Positions 9,801 through 18,070 of a stretch of DNA of 64,000 nt are shown here, piece by piece. The position numbers and the translations under genes are program-made. Position 1 is the first letter of the stretch. Each line of letters begins with the position of its first letter. The stretch comes from Escherichia coli (GTDB taxonomy: Bacteria; Pseudomonadota; Gammaproteobacteria; Enterobacterales; Enterobacteriaceae): assembly GCF_044647545.1 (NCBI RefSeq), contig NZ_CP172818.1; one strand, 5' to 3'. The notes under the pieces are model-generated. The model made no database searches, was not told the origin of the DNA, and worked only from the letters and a program-made list of their open reading frames with translations.

Positions 9801-9962
9801 TCTCCCTCACAGAATGGCACATCACTGGACCTGCAGGCCGGACTGGAAGCCCGTGTCCGGGAAAATATCACCCTGGGCGTTCAGGCCGGTTATGCCCACA
9901 GCGTCAGCGGCAGCAGCGCTGAAGGGTATAACGGTCAGGCCACACTGAATGTGACCTTCTGA
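6843..9962 (+). CDS. flu: Antigen 43 self-associating autotransporter adhesin, 1039 aa
   Basis: Starts MKRHLNTCYRLVWNHMTGAFVVASELARARG (extended autotransporter signal); repetitive beta-helix passenger; C-terminal beta-barrel ending ...GQATLNVTF; track ORF 6687..9962 trimmed to the internal ATG. Confidence 0.92.
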   Translation: MKRHLNTCYRLVWNHMTGAFVVASELARARGKRGGVAVALSLAAVTSLPVLAADIVVHPGETVNGGTLANHDNQIVFGTTNGMTISTGLEYGPDNEANTGGQWVQDGGTANKTTVTSGGLQRVNPGGSVSDTVISAGGGQSLQGRAVNTTLNGGEQWMHEGAIATGTVINDKGWQVVKPGTVATDTVVNTGAEGGPDAENGDTGQFVRGDAVRTTINKNGRQIVRAEGTANTTVVYAGGDQTVHGHALDTTLNGGYQYVHNGGTASDTVVNSDGWQIVKNGGVAGNTTVNQKGRLQVDAGGTATNVTLKQGGALVTSTAATVTGINRLGAFSVVEGKADNVVLENGGRLDVLTGHTATNTRVDDGGTLDVRNGGTATTVSMGNGGVLLADSGAAVSGTRSDGKAFSIGGGQADALMLEKGSSFTLNAGDTATDTTVNGGLFTARGGTLAGTTTLNNGAILTLSGKTVNNDTLTIREGDALLQGGSLTGNGSVEKSGSGTLTVSNTTLTQKAVNLNEGTLTLNDSTVTTDVIAQRGTALKLTGSTVLNGAIDPTNVTLASGATWNIPDNATVQSVVDDLSHAGQIHFTSTRTGKFVPATLKVKNLNGQNGTISLRVRPDMAQNNADRLVIDGGRATGKTILNLVNAGNSASGLATSGKGIQVVEAINGATTEEGAFVQGNRLQAGAFNYSLNRDSDESWYLRSENAYRAEVPLYASMLTQAMDYDRIVAGSRSHQTGVNGENNSVRLSIQGGHLGHDNNGGIARGATPESSGSYGFVRLEGDLMRTEVAGMSVTAGVYGAAGHSSVDVKDDDGSRAGTVRDDAGSLGGYLNLVHTSSGLWADIVAQGTRHSMKASSDNNDFRARGWGWLGSLETGLPFSITDNLMLEPQLQYTWQGLSLDDGKDNAGYVKFGHGSAQHVRAGFRLGSHNDMTFGEGTSSRAPLRDSAKHSVSELPVNWWVQPSVIRTFSSRGDMRVGTSTAGSGMTFSPSQNGTSLDLQAGLEARVRENITLGVQAGYAHSVSGSSAEGYNGQATLNVTF

Positions 9963-9982
9963 CAGAACCATCGCCTCTCTGT

Positions 9983-10007
9983 GGTCCCGGTCATCATGAC
10001 CGGGACC
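9983..10007. repeat. Near-perfect palindrome ggtcccggtcat c atgaccgggacc immediately downstream of flu
   Basis: Read from sequence; 12-bp arms; no T-run follows. Confidence 0.6.
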
Positions 10008-10082
10008 CGGACCGGCGCAACGGATCTTCAACGCCACATTCGCTGGCATTAACAATAACATGATATTCATCACGGAGTGACT

Positions 10083-11615
10083 ATGTTACAGATAGTCGGC
10101 GCGCTGATCCTGCTGATCGCAGGATTTGCCATTCTTCGCCTTTTGTTCAGAGCATTAATCAGCACGGCTTCTGCGCTGGCAGGGCTCATATTGCTGTGTC
10201 TGTTCGGCCCGGCCTTACTGGCTGGCTATATCACCGAACGCATAACCCGGTTGTTCCATATTCGCTGGCTGGCAGGCGTATTTCTGACGATTGCCGGAAT
10301 GATCATCAGCTTCATGTGGGGACTTGATGGTAAACATATCGCGCTGGAGGCTCACACCTTTGACTCTGTGAAATTTATTCTGACCACCGCTCTCGCCGGT
10401 GGTCTGCTGGCTGTTCCCCTGCAGATCAAAAACATTCAGCAGAACGGGATCACACCAGAAGATATCAGCAAGGAAATTAACGGGTATTACTGCTGTTTTT
10501 ATACTGCCTTTTTCCTTATGGCGTGTTCTGCATGCGCACCATTGATCGCGTTACAGTACGATATTTCACCGTCACTGATGTGGTGGGGCGGGTTGTTGTA
10601 CTGGCTGGCTGCATTAGTGACGCTGCTATGGGCGGCCAGCCAGATCCAGGCGCTGAAAAAACTGACCTGTGCCATCAGCCAGACACTGGAAGAACAACCG
10701 GTGCTCAACAGTAAATCGTGGCTGACCAGTTTGCAAAACGATTACAGCCTTCCTGACTCACTGACGGAGCGCATCTGGCTGACGCTCATTTCTCAACGGA
10801 TTTCCCGGGGAGAGCTGAGGGAATTTGAACTGGCAGACGGAAACTGGTTACTGAACAATGCCTGGTATGAAAGAAACATGGCAGGGTTTAACGAACAGTT
10901 GAAAGAGAACCTGTCATTCACACCTGATGAACTGAAAACGCTCTTCCGGAACCGCCTGAATTTATCACCGGAAGCGAATGACGATTTTCTCGATCGTTGC
11001 CTGGACGGCGGTGACTGGTATCCCTTTTCAGAAGGTCGCCGTTTTGTATCATTCCATCACGTGGATGAGCTTCGTATCTGTGCCTCCTGCGGGCTGACAG
11101 AAGTACATCATGCCCCGGAAAATCATAAGCCGGATCCGGAATGGTACTGCTCCTCTCTTTGTCGCGAAACAGAAACACTGTGTCAGGAAATTTATGAACG
11201 CCCTTACAACAGCTTTATTTCCGATGCAACGGCGAATGGTCTGATTCTCATGAAACTGCCGGAAACCTGGAGTACAAATGAGAAAATGTTTGCTTCCGGA
11301 GGGCAGGGACATGGGTTTGCCGCTGAACGGGGAAACCATATTGTCGACAGAGTCCGTCTGAAAAACGCACGGATCCTCGGTGATAATAATGCCAGAAATG
11401 GAGCAGACAGACTGGTCAGCGGAACAGAAATCCAGACGAAATATTGTTCAACTGCAGCCCGTAGCGTCGGTGCGGCATTCGACGGACAAAACGGACAGTA
11501 TCGTTACATGGGAAATAATGGCCCCATGCAACTGGAAGTCCCCCGTGATCAGTATGCCGGCGCTGTTGAAACCATGAGGAATAAGATCCGCGAAGGTAAA
11601 GTAGAGGAGCGATGA
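10083..11615 (+). CDS. yeeR: Prophage-encoded membrane protein of unknown function, 510 aa
   Basis: Hydrophobic N-terminus MLQIVGALILLIAGFAILRLLF; Cys motif CASCGL-x17-CSSLC; overlaps yeeS by ATGA. Confidence 0.8.
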   Translation: MLQIVGALILLIAGFAILRLLFRALISTASALAGLILLCLFGPALLAGYITERITRLFHIRWLAGVFLTIAGMIISFMWGLDGKHIALEAHTFDSVKFILTTALAGGLLAVPLQIKNIQQNGITPEDISKEINGYYCCFYTAFFLMACSACAPLIALQYDISPSLMWWGGLLYWLAALVTLLWAASQIQALKKLTCAISQTLEEQPVLNSKSWLTSLQNDYSLPDSLTERIWLTLISQRISRGELREFELADGNWLLNNAWYERNMAGFNEQLKENLSFTPDELKTLFRNRLNLSPEANDDFLDRCLDGGDWYPFSEGRRFVSFHHVDELRICASCGLTEVHHAPENHKPDPEWYCSSLCRETETLCQEIYERPYNSFISDATANGLILMKLPETWSTNEKMFASGGQGHGFAAERGNHIVDRVRLKNARILGDNNARNGADRLVSGTEIQTKYCSTAARSVGAAFDGQNGQYRYMGNNGPMQLEVPRDQYAGAVETMRNKIREGKVEER

Positions 11616-12058
11616 CGCCCGGCGAGCGCAGTCTCATTCAGCGGGCCCTGAAAACCCTGGACCGCCATCTTCATGAACCCGGCGTGCCCTTCACCTCCAC
11701 CCGTGCGGCACGGGAATGGCTGATTCTGAACATGGCGGGACTGGAGCGTGAAGAATTCCGGGTGCTGTATCTGAATAACCAGAATCAGCTGATTGCCGGT
11801 GAAACCCTCTTCACCGGCACCATCAACCGCACGGAAGTCCATCCCCGGGAAGTGATTAAACGCGCCCTGTATCACAATGCCGCTGCCGTGGTGCTGGCAC
11901 ACAATCACCCGTCCGGTGAAGTCACACCCAGCAAGGCAGACTGCCTTATCACGGAACGTCTGGTACAGGCACTGGGCCTGGTGGATATCCGGGTGCCGGA
12001 CCATCTGATAGTCGGTGGCAACCAGGTTTTCTCCTTTGCCGAACATGGTCTGCTTTAA
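11612..12058 (+). CDS. yeeS: RadC-like JAB-domain protein, 148 aa
   Basis: Contains the JAMM-like segment VVLAHNHPSGEVTPSKAD; CP4-44 synteny. Confidence 0.85.
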   Translation: MTPGERSLIQRALKTLDRHLHEPGVPFTSTRAAREWLILNMAGLEREEFRVLYLNNQNQLIAGETLFTGTINRTEVHPREVIKRALYHNAAAVVLAHNHPSGEVTPSKADCLITERLVQALGLVDIRVPDHLIVGGNQVFSFAEHGLL

Positions 12059-12120
12059 CCCGTCACAACCACATCACACCTGTTTTCACTTTTATCTTCT
12101 GTCTTCAGAGGTATCCCACT

Positions 12121-12342
12121 ATGAAAATTATCACCCGTGGCGAAGCCATGCGTATTCACCGTCAGCATCCGGCATCCCGTCTTTTTCCGTTCTGTACCGG
12201 CAAATACCGCTGGCACGGCAGTGCTGAAGCTTATACCGGTCGTGAAGTGCAGGATATTCCCGGTGTGCTGGCCGTGTTTGCCGAACGCCGTAAGGACAGT
12301 TTTGGTCCGTATGTCCGGCTGATGAGCGTCACCCTGAACTGA
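12121..12342 (+). CDS. yeeT: DUF987-family small protein, 73 aa
   Basis: MKIITRGEAMRIHRQHPASRLFPFCTGKYRWHG...; position between yeeS and cbeA. Confidence 0.8.
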   Translation: MKIITRGEAMRIHRQHPASRLFPFCTGKYRWHGSAEAYTGREVQDIPGVLAVFAERRKDSFGPYVRLMSVTLN

Positions 12343-12416
12343 AAGTGGGAATTCTGCTCATCAGAATTATCACCACTACCGAACCATTCTTACCGATTTT
12401 CTGTAAGGATTTTATC

Positions 12417-12785
12417 GTGTCAGACACACTCTCCGGGACAACACATCCCGACGACAATCACGACCACCCCTGGTGGGGACTACCCTGCACCGTGACGCCC
12501 TGTTTCGGCGCCCGTCTGGTGCAGGAGGGTAACCGCTTGCATTACCTTGCCGACCGCGCCGGTAACAGAGGCCTGTTCAGCGATGCAGATGCGTACCCCC
12601 TGGACCAGGCCTTTCCGCTGCTGATGAAACAACTGGAACTCATGCTCACCAGCGGTGAACTGAATCCCCGCCATCAGCATACCGTCACACTGTATGCGAA
12701 GGGGCTGACCTGTGAAGCTGACACCCTCGGCAGCTGTGGTTACGTTTATCTGGCTGTTTATCCGACGCCCGAAACGAAAAATTAA
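12417..12785 (+). CDS. cbeA: Type IV antitoxin CbeA (YeeU), 122 aa, GTG start
   Basis: VSDTLSGTTHPDDNHDHPWWGLPCTVTPCFGARLVQEGNRLHYLADRAG...; track ORF 12345..12785 trimmed to the GTG. Confidence 0.8.
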   Translation: MSDTLSGTTHPDDNHDHPWWGLPCTVTPCFGARLVQEGNRLHYLADRAGNRGLFSDADAYPLDQAFPLLMKQLELMLTSGELNPRHQHTVTLYAKGLTCEADTLGSCGYVYLAVYPTPETKN

Positions 12786-12873
12786 CCCACCGGAATAACC
12801 TTCTGCTCCGGCCTGGTGCTTTCACCACGCCACTTTTCCATTTTTATCTCTGCATATCAGGAAAATCTTCAGT

Positions 12874-13247
12874 ATGAAAACATTACCCGTATTACCCGGG
12901 CAGGCGGCGTTCTCGCCCGTCTCCTGTTACCATCTGGCAGATACTGCTCACCCGATTACTGGACCAGCACTACAGCCTTACGCTGAATGACACACCGTTC
13001 GCCGATGAACGCGTGATTGAGCAGCATATTGAGGCAGGCATTTCACTGTGTGATGCAGTGAACTTTCTCGTGGAAAAATACGTACTGGTACAACTGACCA
13101 GCCGGGATTCAGCGCCGGAACCCGTCTCAGTTAATCAACAGCATTGATATCCTCCGGGCTCGCCGGGCAACCGGTCTGATGACCCGCAGCAACTACAGAA
13201 CGGTAAATAACATTACCCTGGGTAAGTATCCGGAGGCGAAAAATGAA
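12874..13247 (+). pseudogene. cbtA: CbtA (YeeV)-like toxin gene with the reading frame split over three frames
   Basis: ATG at 12874 gives [12 protein letters not shown] then stops at 12988; CbtA-like residues [48 protein letters not shown] are in the +1 frame (stop 13145); [21 protein letters not shown]... is in the +2 frame. Confidence 0.6.
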
Positions 13248-13439
13248 ATGACGCTGGAAGCCGACAGCGTTAACGTACAGGCGCTGGATATGGGGCACAT
13301 TGTCGTTGACGTCGATGGTGTTAATCTCACTGAACTGATTAATAAAGCCGCTGAAAACGGTTATTCACTCCGCGTGGTGGATGACCGTGACACTACCGAA
13401 ACACCGGCAACTTCTGCCAGCCCTCATCAGTTGCCGTAA
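13248..13439 (+). CDS. yeeW: Small prophage protein YeeW-like (63 aa), here in frame with the last cbtA segment
   Basis: MTLEADSVNVQALDMGHIVVDVDGVNLTELINKAAENGYSLRVVDDRDTTETPATSASPHQLP; part of track ORF 13179..13439. Confidence 0.5.
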   Translation: MTLEADSVNVQALDMGHIVVDVDGVNLTELINKAAENGYSLRVVDDRDTTETPATSASPHQLP

Positions 13440-13604
13440 GACAATACAGTGATACAGAGTATAATGCCATTAGCCACAGAAAAAAAAAAAAACAGCACTG
13501 TTGTCCTGTATTAAACAGGCAAGAGAAGATATCCATACCCTGCGCCATCTGCAGCTTCTGCACCAGAACCGGTGAATCTCACTCAACAGACTTCATTTCC
13601 CCTG

Positions 13605-13636
13605 ACGCCAGCCTGAATACAGCTGGCGTTTTCATT
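13605..13636 (+). terminator. Intrinsic terminator (acgccagc ctgaatac agctggcgt tttcattt) downstream of yeeW
   Basis: GC-rich stem followed by a T-rich run. Confidence 0.6.
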
Positions 13637-13733
13637 TATATACAGAAAGGAAAACCGATAATAATGGAATGGACGCCCCGACCATGAAGCAACGGTAGGA
13701 TATTACTGATAAACCTTCCAGTGGAGGTGCGTT

Positions 13734-13814
13734 ATGGCCGTTTTAACGATTAGCATTGACCTGACAAAAAATGAATTCCAAATCCACGGTCTGGGTAGGA
13801 ACAGAAAAATCTAA
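13734..13814 (+). pseudogene. 26-codon remnant resembling the N-terminus of an IS110-family transposase
   Basis: MAVLTISIDLTKNEFQIHGLGRNRKI then stop; the ISIDLTK pattern resembles the IGIDxAK start of IS110-type transposases; weak. Confidence 0.25.
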
Positions 13815-13889
13815 GCTCAGAAAACGGATTAAAGTAAGCGTCAACGGAGCACCATATTGACGCTTATTTATTGGTGAGAACTACGTTCC

Positions 13890-14246
13890 ATGGCAGGAGT
13901 TCGTCAACACGGTTGGAGGGCCATTCCGGCAGTATGCTCAGAATATGGCGCAGATACGCTTCCGGATCGATACCGTTCAGACGGCAGGTGCCTGCTTTTC
14001 CGGCAACAAGCAGGAATCTCAGCGCTGAAGCAGGAATTAGAGGTAAAAACGCCCTACCGGGCCATGAATCACCCGGTCATTGGAGTAGTAACCAAAGCAG
14101 ATTTAGCCAGCATGGAACAAATATCTTTGGTGAAATGTTGGTTACGGGAAGCTGGAGCGCACAACGTGTTAGTAACCAGTGCGGTTAATAACAATGGAGT
14201 TACAGAACTTTTTGCCTTGCTGCATACAGAAGAAGGCTGCCGCTAA
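13890..14246 (+). pseudogene. yoeF: C-terminal fragment of an EutP/PduV-family small GTPase
   Basis: ...NHPVIGVVTKADLASMEQISLVKCWLREAGAHNVLVTSAVNNNGVTELFALLHTEE; no P-loop upstream; upstream part of the track ORF is unlikely to be native. Confidence 0.45.
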
Positions 14247-14346
14247 TTTCGATAGGTTCTCAGATGAGAATGATGACGGTGATACACAGATAAGAATCAA
14301 TGAGCAATGAGGGTTGCCGGGCAACCCTCATTGAATAAAACAGGAA

Positions 14347-14676
14347 TTACTTCGCTTCGCCGTTTTTCATTTCGCCCATAGCTTTCAGCTTTTTGGAGAT
14401 ATCGCGGCGTTCTTTGGAGAGCTCGGCATTTTTGATGATGTAATCGTCAACGCGATCTTCATAGTCACCTTTCATGCTGGCGATGATGCCCTGGATTGCT
14501 TCAACGCTCATCCCTGGCTTGATGTAATCGCTCAGGTTGTCCAGCAACAGGACGCGCTTCTGGTTGTCACGGATCTTTTTCTCAACGTCCTGAATTTCAC
14601 GTTGCAGTTTGTTCTTACGACGGAACAGACGAACAAATTCCAGTACGTCCTGGAATGAAGGCTTGGTAGTTTCCAT
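14347..14676 (-). CDS. yeeX: UPF0265/DUF496 protein YeeX, 109 aa
   Basis: [41 protein letters not shown]...; track ORF trimmed to the internal ATG. Confidence 0.85.
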   Translation of the reverse strand: METTKPSFQDVLEFVRLFRRKNKLQREIQDVEKKIRDNQKRVLLLDNLSDYIKPGMSVEAIQGIIASMKGDYEDRVDDYIIKNAELSKERRDISKKLKAMGEMKNGEAK

Positions 14677-14847
14677 TTTTATACCCCTGATAATGTGAGA
14701 GTCGGATTCGTTTAAGCAACCGCTATTCGATAGGGCCAACATTACTCATAGCTGCCGCAGATGACAATGCTTTTATCCCTTTTCACTATCATACCCTTTA
14801 TCCTTGCTGAATCGAAGCAGCAGCAAGATGATTCTGAAGTTCAGGAA

Positions 14848-15906
14848 TTATTTGCGCAAGGCCCGGCAAATCAGATTCGATAGCAACTCAAGCTGATGCG
14901 CCGTTTCCATGTTCAGCCACACATAACCATAGATTGGTGTTTCCACAACCTTCAGGTCATGGTGGTTATTAAGCAACAGACGCAGCTCTTCCACAGCATC
15001 GTTCAATTTTTCCGTATTGGCAAAAACCGGCTGCGGATTACCTTCGTACAGCGCATGAACAAGGCTCAGCAGTATTTGCTGCATCATGTGCTGGGTATCA
15101 CGAAGTTTTTGCGCGTTCAATAACACGAAATGGCTGGGGCGCGTGGCCCAGTATGCATTGATTTGCAACTCCAGCATACAAACCAGATTGCGGTTAATGG
15201 TCTGGATACCTTCATATATCGATTTTGGAATACGGGTTTCTTTGCTGGCGGGCGCAATCAGCCCACGCATTTTCACGGCATCGGTCAGCAGTTTTTGTAG
15301 ATGGCTTTCCAGACGTGGGCGTTCGAGTAAGTTCGGTGAGAATGCAGATTGATAGACCCGATTATACTCGGTCAGACTTTTCGCCAGTTGAATGCGCCAG
15401 TGGATGAACGCCCGTTGTGGCCAGATACCGGTAAACAACATTGCCAGTAAAGAGCCGAGGATCACATCGCCGCTTCGCCATAACGCCGTATCAATTTCAC
15501 CTGTCGGGGAACCCACAACAATTGCCAGCGTCACCCCAATCAATAATCCTTGATACGGTTTCTTGCCCAGCGCCAGCCAACCGCAAAGAAACATCGCCGC
15601 CGCGCACCAGACTAACATCAGCGGTAACGAAATTAACTCCAGTTGCAGAGCGATAAGACCTAAAATCGAACCCAACACCGTACCGCCAATACGTTCGAAG
15701 GCACGAGGGACAACGTTCCCCCAGAACGAGATTGGCCCCATAATCACCACCATGGTGACCAGCGGCCAGGTGCTTTCCGGGATAGTAAACAGGCGGATAA
15801 TGAGAAAAGTGAGCAGGAATGCCAGCGCGACCCGAGTACCATGCACAATGCGGTAATGGCGGTATACCCGGATTTCAAACGGGCTTAATGACTTATCGGC
15901 ACGCAC
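14848..15906 (-). CDS. yeeA: Inner-membrane protein YeeA (FUSC-like putative transporter), 352 aa
   Basis: Multi-pass hydrophobic N-terminal half; size and synteny. Confidence 0.85.
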   Translation of the reverse strand: MRADKSLSPFEIRVYRHYRIVHGTRVALAFLLTFLIIRLFTIPESTWPLVTMVVIMGPISFWGNVVPRAFERIGGTVLGSILGLIALQLELISLPLMLVWCAAAMFLCGWLALGKKPYQGLLIGVTLAIVVGSPTGEIDTALWRSGDVILGSLLAMLFTGIWPQRAFIHWRIQLAKSLTEYNRVYQSAFSPNLLERPRLESHLQKLLTDAVKMRGLIAPASKETRIPKSIYEGIQTINRNLVCMLELQINAYWATRPSHFVLLNAQKLRDTQHMMQQILLSLVHALYEGNPQPVFANTEKLNDAVEELRLLLNNHHDLKVVETPIYGYVWLNMETAHQLELLSNLICRALRK

Positions 15907-16103
15907 GCAGAAACTCCGTAATGAAGATTAAAAGCGCTCATAACACATCTGTCGGCCAGAAGGCGCGCCTCTGAGTTATCCGACGGACATACCGGGAACA
16001 GTGTAATTTCCCGGCAGGAGCGAAAAATTTGAAAGGCGCATCTTACTCTTTTCGCTTTCAAAAAAAGAGTGGTCTTCGCGTCAACACACCGCCCTGAGAT
16101 GAA

Positions 16104-16577
16104 TTAGTGATGTTTTGGCTGCACCGCAACATACATTTCGATATCCCAGTACCCATCTTCCGCGCCATTGTTCAAGTAAACCTCGAAGCAGGGCTTTGGT
16201 AACATTTCATAGGCACTGTCCTGCAAGAGGCTATTAAAGAACTGATACCAGGGTTTAGCAAAATCATCACCGACTACACGAGCCACCGCCACCGCATACT
16301 GACCACCTGAAATTTCTGTCAGAATGACGCCCTCACTGTTTTCGGGGAGCGTAAAGTTATTCGGCACCGTCACGACGGTGTCGCAGCGTAATTTTTCGGC
16401 GGGTGTTTCATCTGGATTGTCGTAATAGACAGCAACCCACTCCTTCGGCACAATATTTTTGCTATCTATCCACATCATCAACTGCTCAAAGCCTTTCTTT
16501 ACCGTCTGTTCCCACGGGCCAACGAGATGGAAACCTGCAACGGTACGTTTATCTTCCTGCTTAATCTCGTAGTTCAT
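16104..16577 (-). CDS. sbmC: DNA gyrase inhibitor SbmC (GyrI), 157 aa
   Basis: [41 protein letters not shown]...; LexA box upstream. Confidence 0.9.
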   Translation of the reverse strand: MNYEIKQEDKRTVAGFHLVGPWEQTVKKGFEQLMMWIDSKNIVPKEWVAVYYDNPDETPAEKLRCDTVVTVPNNFTLPENSEGVILTEISGGQYAVAVARVVGDDFAKPWYQFFNSLLQDSAYEMLPKPCFEVYLNNGAEDGYWDIEMYVAVQPKHH

Positions 16578-16591
16578 GACGCCCCCATTAA

Positions 16592-16611
16592 TACTGTTTT
16601 TATATACAGTA
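16592..16611 (-). promoter_or_regulatory. LexA (SOS) box tactgtttttatatacagta upstream of sbmC
   Basis: Perfect CTGT-N8-ACAG palindrome 15 bp upstream of the sbmC start. Confidence 0.75.
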
Positions 16612-16695
16612 TAGTTGCAATATTAAAACCACAAGGAATGAGTGTTGATTATGCGAGCAGACTCGCACTCCTGCCAGTCTGCTGCAAAAGAAAGG

Positions 16696-17862
16696 TCAGG
16701 CCTTATGGTGGAAATAATCACTCAGCCGGGAAAACATGCTGCCTTCCCCGACAGATTCCAGGGTAACCAGCGGCCAGTGCGCCACCTGTTTATCACGGTC
16801 GTAAAGTTCAATTTCCCCTACCCGCTGATGGGCGCTAATTGGCGCGGTGAGTTCTTTACCATCAAGGGTATATTTGGCTTTGATATGTGGAATTTCGGCT
16901 TTCGGTAGCACCATCCAGAACTCTTGTTCCGTTCCCAGGGCGATATTTTCTTTATCGCCATACCAGATGCGTTCCGTACCAACCTTTTTCCCACGGTGCA
17001 AAATTTGCACCGTAGTAAAGTTTTGTTGACCCCAACGCAGTAATTTTCTTGCCTCTTCCTCACGACCTTTTGCGCTGTCAGCCCCCATTACCACTGCAAT
17101 GAGACGACGCTGCCCATCTACAGCCGAAGCAATGAGATTAAACCCGGCACCAGAAGTATGACCCGTTTTCAGGCCGTCAACATTCATGGTTTTATCCCAC
17201 AATAACCCGTTACGGTTTTGCTGGGTGATACCGTTCCAGGTGAGGCTTTTCTCACTGTACATATGATAAAACTCGGGCTCGCCGTGGATGATAGCGCGAG
17301 AAAGCACAGCTAAATCATAAGCCGAGCTATGCTGGCCAGGTGCATCCAGACCATGCACTGTTTCAAAATGCGTATCCTTGAGATGCAGCTTCTCGGCATA
17401 GTTGTTCATCATTTCAACAAACTGCCGTTGCCCACCGGCAATATAGTCAGCCAGTGCAACACAAGCGTCATTTCCGGAATCCACAATTAAACCACGGCTT
17501 AAATCACGTACCGATACGCGATCGCCCTCTTTCAAAAACATCAGTGAAGAACCGACAAACACCGGATTATCTTTCGCCCACGCATCACGCCCCACGGTGA
17601 CAATATCGTCTGGCGTAATGCGATGACTATCGATAGCACGATCCACGACATAGCCCGTCATCAGCTTTGTCAGGCTGGCGGGATTGCGCTGTTGATGCTC
17701 ATTACCCGCGGTGAGAATCTGACCGGTGGTGTAATCCATCAATACCCAGGACCCGGCATGAATCTCTGGAGGCTGAGGTGAAAAAGGAATGTTTTCCGCC
17801 GCAAAACCAGACGATAAATTAAAAACGAACAAAGAAGCAGCAATAATAAGACGGCGTTTCAA
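16696..17862 (-). CDS. dacD: D-alanyl-D-alanine carboxypeptidase DacD (PBP6b), 388 aa, probable TTG start
   Basis: SxxK motif PASLTKLMT, SGN motif DSGND; signal peptide; start uncertain by two codons. Confidence 0.88.
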   Translation of the reverse strand: MKRRLIIAASLFVFNLSSGFAAENIPFSPQPPEIHAGSWVLMDYTTGQILTAGNEHQQRNPASLTKLMTGYVVDRAIDSHRITPDDIVTVGRDAWAKDNPVFVGSSLMFLKEGDRVSVRDLSRGLIVDSGNDACVALADYIAGGQRQFVEMMNNYAEKLHLKDTHFETVHGLDAPGQHSSAYDLAVLSRAIIHGEPEFYHMYSEKSLTWNGITQQNRNGLLWDKTMNVDGLKTGHTSGAGFNLIASAVDGQRRLIAVVMGADSAKGREEEARKLLRWGQQNFTTVQILHRGKKVGTERIWYGDKENIALGTEQEFWMVLPKAEIPHIKAKYTLDGKELTAPISAHQRVGEIELYDRDKQVAHWPLVTLESVGEGSMFSRLSDYFHHKA

Positions 17863-18070
17863 CAGCAAACCCTCAGGTGTTTCAAATAGCTGTTCTTTTT
17901 ACGGAAATACTTATGAACTGGCTGGAATAAAGTGCAAGAAAATGTGACTACTATCTCATTTTTATCTGACATGATCTGTTGCCACTCGCTGCCAAATTGT
18001 CGCGCTAAAGCTGATTAGCACGGTGATATTTGATACTCTGGCAGACAGCAGAAATAACGGATTTAACCTA

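Larger units (their letters stand above)
3900..14300. mobile_element. Cryptic prophage remnant (CP4-44-like): receptor pseudogene, IS2, yeeP', flu, yeeRST, cbeA/cbtA, yeeW, decayed fragments; no integrase retained
   Basis: Gene content and order match the K-12 CP4-44 island; boundaries are approximate. Confidence 0.5.

Noticed and set aside
13179-13439. 86-aa ORF as an independent gene
   Set aside because: It is the C-terminal cbtA segment read through into the yeeW-like ORF; its ATG is an internal Met of the toxin (..GLMTRSNYR..).
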